Shown one piece after another: positions 54,885 through 64,000 of a stretch of DNA of 64,000 bases. Location: positions 40,238,001 through 40,302,000 of the forward strand of contig OZ024741.1 in assembly GCA_964016885.1 (NCBI GenBank). The letters run 5' to 3'. The stretch's first letter is position 1. Each line of letters opens with the position of its first letter. Made by a program: the position numbers and the translations under genes. Origin of the DNA: Eledone cirrhosa. Its lineage: Eukaryota. The notes beneath the pieces are model-generated. The model was not told where the DNA came from, made no database searches, and saw nothing but the letters and a program-made list of their open reading frames with translations.

Positions 54885-55166
54885 AACCGATAAGTTTATG
54901 AATACATTGGACTTGTTTGGAAATGTAAAAACGTTTCTCTTCTTCTGAAAATGTCCCACAATGCACAGCAACAATATAATGGTCGGATAAGGAATTGGAC
55001 CATACACTTGTCCATAATTGTTCAATTGCTGCGGGCGACTCTCTCTATATTTTCTCCGCCACCAAGTCTAATTTATAATACTTGTTTTATAATTGATGTG
55101 CATTGCAGCACCTTTTAATAAGAAAGGCAAATCGATTTTCATATATATTTTCATATATATATCGAT

Positions 55167-55289
<123 letters not shown>

Positions 55290-55698
55290 CGTTAAAGGTA
55301 ACCATAGTAAGTACAGTGAATTTTTTAAAATTTATTTTGAAACTTTTTCTTATTTGCTAAACCTTGATTATATATTTTCTGGCTCGTTAATTTATCAACC
55401 TGCCATTGAACCACATTGGCATATGGTTGGATAATACATGTGTCCCTATTCGTTTTTTGCGTGTAGGGATATATACTTTATTATTATTAATCTCCCCCTG
55501 GTCGAGATGAAATCTGGTTGTTTGACTGCTGCTATTTATAGTGGTAGTAGATTGACCTCCCTGCCTCTTCCTTCTATCTTTGCACTCGGCACTGGGAAGA
55601 ATTGCTTCCACATCATTCATTCTCATCTCGGGAACAATTTTGAATAGCGCCAGTTCGTAATTTGAACTCGGGAATTTTATATTCTCCGAGTGAAAAGA

Positions 55699-55785
55699 AC
55701 CTTCTGACGAGAGTTTATCTTTTCAATGGAAGCTCGTAAGGACTATCCATTTATTTTTGAGACTCGAAACCGATTCGATAAAGGT
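55699..55785 (+). ncRNA. Type I hammerhead in a 486-bp partial tandem (55286 to about 55880)
   Basis: accuu CUGACGA gaguuu...agacuc GAAAC cgauucg AUA aaggu. 55286-55350 recurs at 55772-55836. Confidence 0.65.
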
Positions 55786-55881
55786 AACCATAGTAAGTAC
55801 AGTGAATTTTTTGAAATTTATTTTGAAACTTTTTCTGAAACTGATTTGAAGCACTCGACAAGTTTTCTGGAGTATAATATT

Positions 55882-56165
55882 CAATGATATTAAATAAACG
55901 GAAACTATATTTATAAAACCATATTTATTCTATTATATATATTTCAAGGGTACCAAAACTTTGGTACGCTTTCATCAGAAAAAATACAAAGTTTGTTTTA
56001 TAAATATTGACATATCCAGGAAAAACTTCTTCCTGGATATGTCAATATTTATAAAACATACTTTGTATTTTATCTGATGAGAGCGTACCAAAGTTTTGGT
56101 ACCCTTGAAATATATATAATAAAATAAATATGGTTTTATAAATATAGTTTCCATTTATTTAATAT

Positions 56166-56170
<5 letters not shown>
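55882..56170. mobile_element. Fold-back with a hammerhead in each arm (+ 56066-56126; - 55926-55986)
   Basis: uauuuuau CUGAUGA gagcguacca...ugguacccuu GAAA uauaua UA auaaaaua. Arms 55882-56022/56030-56170. Confidence 0.82.
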
Positions 56171-56197
<27 letters not shown>

Positions 56198-56198
56198 A

Positions 56199-57385
56199 AC
56201 GGGGGTAAAATTCCCGAGATCCATGGACGAGTTCTCTCCAGCGTCTCTGTCCCTCATTATCGCTGCCATGTCCTGCGTCTCCAACAGACCAGTGTCTGTC
56301 CTTAGGGCATCAACATACGTTGACCTTGGTCTTCCTCTTCTAGTGTGTCCATGTAGGGGCTCCCAGAGGAGCACTGAGTGCAATGTCAACTCTGGATGTT
56401 GGTGAGCATGTCCAGCTAACCTCAGTCTACCTCTGTGTCACTTTTGAGCTGACTTTTGGGATGCTCCCATACAGCTCTGAGTTTTTCATCCTCAGTGTAT
56501 ACTGATTAATGTTCAGAGCCATCCTCAGAATTCTCGTGTAGCACCCATCCACCATCTGAGTGAGTTTCTTGGTCAGTGTCCAAATCTCAGACGCGTACAG
56601 CAGCACAGACTCCACTACAGCAATGAAGAGGCGGATTTTCAGGTCTTTACGAAGGTCCGACTTCCACACCGATCTCAAGCTGTGGCACGCCGCCCAGGCT
56701 TTGCTATTCCTCTCAACCACATCATCTTCCGTATTCCCAATCTTTGCTCCCAAATACAGGAAGCCCTCAACCAATTATAGCGGCTTCCGCCTACATTAGT
56801 GATCCCCTCTGGCTTCTCAACATTCTCTACCAGATATTTTGTTTTAGTCTCATTCATTCTCAGCCCCACACTCATCGACACAGTCTCAACCTCCCGCATC
56901 AAATCCTCTGCCGCCTTCACTGTATTTGTCACCAAAACTATGTCGTCGGCAAATTCAGCATCCGATACCTTTTTCGCCTTAACTCTCCTGCTCTGAGCCG
57001 GTGCTACAGTAAAGCCAGCGTCCTGGTGTTTCTCCAGTGCAAGACGCATACAATAGTCCACTACGATGATAAAAAGGTAGGGAGCCAATGTATCTCCCTG
57101 GAGCACTCCAGCCACTATCTCAAAGAACTCTGTCATCCCATCAGGTGTAATGACTTGGGCTTTGGTGTTGGTGTAGAGCAGTGATATCAGGTCCACTATC
57201 CTCTTGGGGATTCTATAAGCCTGTAAGATCTTCATCAGGCAGTGACGGTCCACAGAATCAAAGGCCTTCCTAAAGCCAATGAAAACCATGACCGCAGGAA
57301 TGCACTTTGCTCCAGCTCCCTCTAATATCCTCCTCAGCATCAGGATGTGACTGGTGGTTGATCTTCCCTCTCTGAAGCCGTTCAT
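56199..57385 (-). pseudogene. RTE-clade LINE 3' fragment (RT), frameshifted
   Basis: NGFREGRST, FRKAFDSVDR, GVLQGDTLAPYLF, FADDIVL, FLYLG and RRGRPRSTYVD. Confidence 0.88.
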
Positions 57386-57680
57386 GTATATATATATATA
57401 TATACATATATACATATATACATATATATAAATATATATATATACAGTATATGCAAAGGTCAAATTTACGGCCTCATTCGATCCTGTGTTAGCTGGCAGG
57501 TGGCAATATATTTTGCCGTTCCTGGGACGTATAATAAAATAAATATGGTATTATAAATGATATTTTCCATTTATTAATATTGTTAATATTAATAATACTC
57601 CAGATAAAATACTGTAGAGTGCTTCAAATCTGTTATAAAAATAACTTTGTTGAATGATAACCAACAAGCCATATAACTCA

Positions 57681-59101
57681 TCTATATATATAAAACTGAG
57701 GATGTCTGTCTGTGTGTGTGTGTGAGTTCGAATCCCTAAAACTCGAGAACCACCCAACCGACTGTTTTCAAACTTTACACATGTAATACTTTCGAGGGGT
57801 GTTCTGAGCAAAAATAATTTCAAATTTTCAATGCCCTAGGGACCGCATTAGGCGATTTAGCGATTTCTCTCTATAATTCTTAGTCTTTCTCTTTTTAGAT
57901 AGATACATATATATAACGTTGCGCCCTTATAATATCTGTCTGCATGTCTGTCTGCATTACGTCAGCAATACTAAGCTTAGCTAAGGCGGTTATATATTTC
58001 ACACAACACTAAAAATGAAAGCCGGTAACTATGTATTTGTCAGTCTCTTCTTCATACTGTGAGCAAAGAGAATCCAACTTTTAGTGGAGCGAGTGAAATA
58101 AAGCCGACCCTGCTGCGATTCAAAAATCAGGTTTACAGGTTATATATTTCACACAACACTAAACATTAAAGCCGGTAAAGAAAGACATCGCTGCAATAGC
58201 TTCAGTTTGTTTACTTACGTGCCTTTACGAGAACACAAGTTACTATTTTACCGCTTAGTATTGTAGAGAAGCACCGAACCGACTATTTTCAAACTTTATA
58301 CATGTAATACTTATGTTTCAGGGAGTGTTCTGAGCAAAACCAATTTCAAATGTTCAATGCCCTAGGGACCGCATTAGGCGATTTAGCGATCTCTCTCTAT
58401 AATTCTTAGTCTTTCTCTTTTTAGATAGATACATACATATAACGTCGCGCCCTTATAATATCTGTCTGTATGTCTGACTGTCAGCATTACGTCACTTCCC
58501 TGAGGATGTGTGTGTGTGTGTGTGAGAGAGAGAGGGAGAGTTTGAATCCCTAAAACTCGAGAAGTACACAACCGATTTTTTTCAAACTTTACATGTGTAT
58601 TACTTATGTTTCAGGGAGTGTTATGAACATAAAACATTCAACTTTTGTTTATCTCCTAGGGCCCGCATTAGGTGAAAAACTGCTTTTAAAGATTTTTAGG
58701 GTTTTTTTGAGGCGTTACGTCAGACCGATTTCCTTGAAATTGTAACTATGTATTACTCAGTCTCTTCTTCATACCGTAAGCAAAGAAAATCCAACTTTCT
58801 TATTTGCCTAGGTGAAAAACTCAATTTTTTCAGCTTCTTAGGGCCTTTTGGAGGCGTTACGTCTAGCCGATTTTCAAGAAATTTAAAGGCACATAAAAAA
58901 ATTCATTTTCTTGATCCCCTAGGTGAAAACCTACATTTTTCCTGCTTCATCGAGGAAATCTTAAAGATTATCCAGCCATCAGAGTATTCGGTTTATTTTC
59001 TTTACATATTGTCCAGGCATGCAGTTTTTCCACGATTAGGTCTGTTGGCGGCCCGCGTTCCAAAATACCTTATCCCGTGCAACGCCGGGTACCACTGCTA
59101 G
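57681..59101 (+). mobile_element. Non-autonomous Helitron with internal duplications
   Basis: Starts A|TCTATATATATAAAA and ends with hairpin CCCGTGCAACGCCGGG, then CTAG|T. About 57755-57965 is duplicated at about 58280-58495. Confidence 0.8.
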
Positions 59102-59104
59102 TTG

Positions 59105-59138
<34 letters not shown>

Positions 59139-59187
59139 CGATGCCGAAATCTCAGCATTTTAAACGCTGAGAAATATGATATATATA

Positions 59188-59360
59188 TAAGATCGGGTGA
59201 AAGCTCTTAAAAGATGGAAAAAGATGTTGCCATCGGCTGCTAGGAGATATGGGGTTTCCATAGAGGCCGATGGCAACCTTTTTTCCGTCTTTTAAAGGTC
59301 TGCACCTTATTTTTAAGTTATTTTTGTAGCATCTCTGCGCTTGAGCACATCATCCTTTAT
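59188..59360. repeat. Imperfect fold-back between (TA) tracts, no clear ribozyme core
   Basis: Arms at about 59188-59249/59266-59312, with an unpaired extension on the right. Confidence 0.5.
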
Positions 59361-59366
59361 ACATAC

Positions 59367-59415
<49 letters not shown>

Positions 59416-59475
59416 AAGATAGCTTAAAAATAGGGTGCAGACGCTTAAGATACACACATACACCCCCCCCCCCCC

Positions 59476-59506
<31 letters not shown>

Positions 59507-60093
59507 TTATATATATACATACATACTAGTATACATATATACTTGGCAAGACGTACTAAATATCGAAATGTTAATATTCTCTGAAGGTTCTGTGGCTTTG
59601 AAGATGATGACAAAATCTCCAAGAATTGAGGATATTTCTTTCATTCTATTCAGTGTCCCAAATATATATTAGCTCAAACGTATACCGTAACATATGAAGG
59701 AAAACAATATCCACGGATAATTTGTTCAACATTCATACAATAAGCAACAACAAATGTGGATTGCTCCTTTTCAAAGCTCAAATTACTTCATTATGAATTG
59801 CGGAGCCTGTTTAGAGGAGAAAAAAGTTGTCCTGATCTTATGCTGCTTATCATTAAGAAATACATCCTTGTTGATAATGAATAAGTGATAATCATTTTCA
59901 AGTACAGTTAATATGTCATTATGATTTATAACAGTCCTTTGGCTTCCTTATTCTTTAGTATATATTTCATTGCAAATGATTAAAAATATAATCTTTTGCT
60001 TTTCTAGTTTCCTGATAGGTTTCAATATGTTTCTATAGCTATATAAGAGCTACCTCCAGCTCATCAGTATATTCAATAGCTTACTTCGATAAT

Positions 60094-60330
60094 AGGCGCT
60101 TAGCTTTGTGGTTAAGGTATTCGGCTCATAATCGTAAGGTTGTGAGTTCGATTCCCAGCGTCGCGTTGTCTCCTTAAGCAAGACACTTCATTTTACATTG
60201 ATCCAGTCCTATCAGCTGGCAAAAATGAGTTGTACCTGTAATTCGAAGGATCAGCCTTTTCATATTCTGTGTCACGCTGAATCTCTCTGAGAACTACGTT
60301 AATGGTACACGTGTCAGTGAAATGCTCACG
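60094..60330 (+). mobile_element. tRNA-derived SINE S2
   Basis: A/B boxes TAGCTTTGTGG and GTTCGATTCC; body similar to 18245-18445. Confidence 0.75.
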
Positions 60331-60560
60331 TAGTGACTTTTTCCAGCTCTCTACCAATACTCCCAACCCTTCAACTTATCTGAATTAAGTAACAACCTAT
60401 TATAATACATGAGAATTTCTATGCGTATGTCGGTATGGAGTTGTTACTTATAGACTCAGCCTGCCGGGGGTCACCTCCACAAATGGCACATACTTTGAAT
60501 CGGGGTAACACCGGGAATGTTTCTATAGTACTTTGGTATATATATATATATATATATATA

Positions 60561-60739
60561 ACCCGATATAACTCGGGTCCCGATTGAGTAAGTATTAGTA
60601 GAATGTAAACATCAAGTTTAATAGAGAAATGGCTTCTACAGGACTAGAACTGTTTCATTCAAGATAAATCATCAGGCTTTCCTGATGATTTCTTTTGAAT
60701 GAAACCGTTACTTTCCTGTAGAAGCCATTTCTATATTAA

Positions 60740-60743
<4 letters not shown>
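60561..60743 (-). mobile_element. Fold-back turning just 5' of a hammerhead core
   Basis: Arms 60614-60676/60681-60743 and tail 60561-60613. Minus strand: CUGAUGA uuuaucuugaau GAAAC aguucua GUC. Confidence 0.75.
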
Positions 60744-60795
<52 letters not shown>

Positions 60796-60873
60796 GTACT
60801 ACTCTTATTTGTGGTCTTCGCACCGCAGGCACTCCATATACAACACAGATATATATATAATACAATATAATAT

Positions 60874-60912
<39 letters not shown>

Positions 60913-62484
60913 ATAAATTACACTTACACCCAAACACACAGTGTACCTATTTTGACAACAATGACCTAAAATATAAGTATTGTACTTTAGTATTAAAGTA
61001 AATACAGCGCAAAGTCAAATATGACATTGCGAATCTGTATCGTTCTTCCGCTAGGAAAGAAATTTTGTATTTTTATTATAAGACTCGCTACAGTGCCGCG
61101 CGTAGAATGGAGGATGTGGAGTATCCGAGATACGATAAAAAAACAATATTACTCTAAAATTGGTACGGGTTCGAAAGTGCTGTGGTGGACTGTTTCAATC
61201 ATATCCCTGCTTGCATGCATGATTCCGTAACCACTGAGAGAGTCGTAGAGGTGCTGTATGGACATATGGTGTGTTTCTAGGGCATTTTAAAACCCGGTGG
61301 AGCCTAATCCTCTCCGTGTCTGAAAACAGAAGATTCCTTCCAGAGAAAGATATAAAGTGAGAGAATGGAAATGAGAAAGAGATATAGCGGAAGAATCGAC
61401 TCCAGTACTAGACTGGTACTTTTCTCATGACTGCCAATTCGCCACCTCATGTCTCTGCTCATTAGGGGTTCATTTGCCGAATTAAATGCATTGCAGTATT
61501 TCGTTATAGTTATCTACACTCTGGTTTCAAATTACATTGTCTTGCATTCTTCCATGGCTGATAAAAATAAAGAACTAATCAAGTACTGGAGTCGATATAT
61601 TCGACTTCCCTCACTCCAACCACTAAATTGCTGGTCTTGTTTCAAAACTAGAAACCATTTCTGGTTCATTCCCATCGTTGGTTAATTAAGGCAGTGAAAT
61701 AACCATTTTAATAAGAATAAATCTCGGTATGTTAAATTAAATAAAACACAATATGAAATATGTTGGTATGTGTTCGTATCATTTGCTGGTCAAAAATATA
61801 GGTTTTTTTCATCTATATACTGGGTTTTCACTCCAGACATGACAGCTTTTATAACAAATAGTCGTTTGTATTCTCTAATAAGATTTATACTTTCATTGCT
61901 TATTTACCACATAGGATATCAAAACACGCACACAACACATGCTTATAAACACACATGTATATGTATATGCACGTGTATGTGTGCATGTGTGTTTATATAT
62001 ATATGTGTGTGTGTGTGTGTATTTACATGTGTGTGTGTGTGTGCATGTGTGTTTATATATATATATGTGTGTGTGTGTGAGTGTATGTGCGTGTGCATGT
62101 GTGTGTGCATGTGTGTGTATATATATATATATGTGTGTGTGTGTGTGAGTGTATGTGCGTGTGCATGTGTGTGTGCATGTGTGTGTTTATATATATATAT
62201 GTGTGTGTGTAGTGTATCAGTCAACGTAGTGAGTTTGCAATGACGTTCGAACTCGCCCCACCAGCTTTTCTTTGATTGACAACAGAAGTATGTCGCTAGC
62301 CCCTTCGTACTCCATCAACCAACCTGACCCCCCACAAATTTCGCGCTCAGTGCTAAGTCGTCCTGTTTACCTTGTTTCTGTTGCTACAGGTTTCATTCTC
62401 CATTTTTCTTGTTGTTGCTGTTACTTTCCTTATTATTGGTAGAGATGTTACTTTTGTTATCAATGTTTTTATGGTTGCTGCCAT

Positions 62485-63232
62485 TGGTGGTGGTGGTGGT
62501 GGTGGTGGTGGTAGTGGTGGCGTGGTGGTGGTGGTGGTGGTGGTGGTGGTGGTGGTGGTGGCGGTAGTGGTGGTAGTGGTGGCGTGGCGGTGGTGGTGGT
62601 GGTGGTGGTGGTGGTGGTGGTGGTGGTGGTGGTGGTGGTGGTGGTGGTGGCGGTAGTGGTGGTAGTGGTGGTGGTGGTGGTGGTGGTGGTGGTGGTGGCG
62701 GCGGCGGCGGTGGTGGTGGTGGTGGTGGCGTGGTGGTGGTGGTGGTGGTGGTGGTGGCGGTAGTGGTGGTAGTGGTGGTGGTGGTGGTGGTTGTGGTGGC
62801 GGCGGTGGTGGTGGTGGTGGTGGTGGCGGTAGTAGTGGTGGTGGTGGTGGTGGTGGTGGTGGTGGTGGCGGTAGTGGCGGTAGTGGTGGTGGTGGTGGTG
62901 GTGGTGGTGGTGGTGGTGGTGTTGGTGGTGTTGGTGGTGGTGGTGGTGGTGGTGGCGGCGGTAGTGGTGGTGGTGGTGTTGGTGGTAGTGGTGGTGGTGG
63001 TGGTGGTGGTGTTAGTGGTAGTGGCGGTGGTGGTGGTTGTGGTGGTGGTGGTGGTGGTGGCGGTAGTGGTTGCGGTCGTGGTGGTGGCGGTGGTGGTGGT
63101 GGTGGTAGTGGTGGTGGTGGTGGTGGCGGTGGTGGTGTCGGTAGTGGTTGCTGCTATTGTTGGCGGTGGTGGTGGTGAGGGCGGTAGTGGTTGCGGTCGT
63201 GGTGGTGGTGGTGGTGGTGGTGAGGGCGGTGT
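62485..63232. repeat. (GGT)n trinucleotide array
   Basis: Read directly from the sequence. Confidence 0.95.
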
Positions 63233-63935
63233 GTAATTTGGGACGCTATTGTTTTTATCGTTGTTATGGCTGATAGTAATGGTAGTATTGTTGTTATCGT
63301 CGTTGTCGTCGTTGTCGTCGTTGTCACACCTCTATCGAACGTGTGTCGAGAGGTTTCGATGTCAGCAGGTACGAATTAACATTGAAGAGGTCAGGAGTGT
63401 GTTTGGGTTAGAAGGTCTGGTGGTTGGTTAGTTGGTAGGCCGAGTAGAGAGCCGGGTGGGATAGCTATCATTTATCATCGTATTTGTTATATGTGCTGAC
63501 GTTTGTGTATTTCTCAAACTTAGATAAGGGAATATTGAATAGAAATTAAATGAAATCAAATCAAATAGATTATAAATGAAACGCAACACTGACCCAGGGC
63601 GGGATGGAATATAACTTTGGATGGAATAGAGGAATCTGCATGTGTGGTAGGTGTTGAGAGGGGGAGAGATAGAGGGGGTGGGAGAGAGATGGGAGAGAGA
63701 GAAAGTGAGGACAGAGGGCGTGGGTTAGAGTGAGCGGTAGGTAGGCATGTAGATAGACAGGTAGATAGGTAGGGGGATATAGAGATAGATGAATAAATAG
63801 AAGACGTACATAATTACATGTATGCATGTAGATATATATATATATATATATATGTATGTATACATATATATATATATATGTATACATACATATATATATA
63901 TGTATACATATAGATATATATGTATATATATATAG

Positions 63936-63995
<60 letters not shown>

Positions 63996-64000
63996 ATGTG

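Noticed and set aside
60425-60530. Possible HDV-like fold or Helitron 3' end
   Set aside because: There is no GG for P1.1, the CTAG terminus is imperfect and no matching 5' end was found.

Overview
This is a repeat-dominated, microsatellite-rich animal genomic window with no host protein-coding exon that I can support. The tRNA-derived SINEs and repeat load look cephalopod/octopus-like (inference). Nearly all short ORFs in the track are microsatellite artefacts. The real coding content is retrotransposon-derived: an R4/Dong-type RLE LINE with an uninterrupted 1094-aa ORF plus two fragments, all next to (CATA)n; two head-to-tail Tx1/L1 elements next to (GATA)n; two Penelope-like elements (RT + GIY-YIG); and CR1-like and RTE-like fragments. 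There are also SINEs, two non-autonomous Helitrons and Tc1/mariner MITEs. The main hidden signal is about 20 short non-coding elements embedded in (TA)n, from several unrelated sequence families. Most carry complete or truncated type I hammerhead ribozyme motifs (CUGAnGA...GAAA...UH, often with a palindromic stem III) and share one architecture: a fold-back inverted repeat with an unpaired 3' tail on one arm, or a tandem array of 486-591-nt monomers with one hammerhead per unit. The 591-bp array carries the compensatory U3-A8 core variant. An ORF-bearing Penelope element here has the same architecture, which suggests a Penelope-mobilised, retrozyme-like system (inference). All alignments and folds were done by eye.
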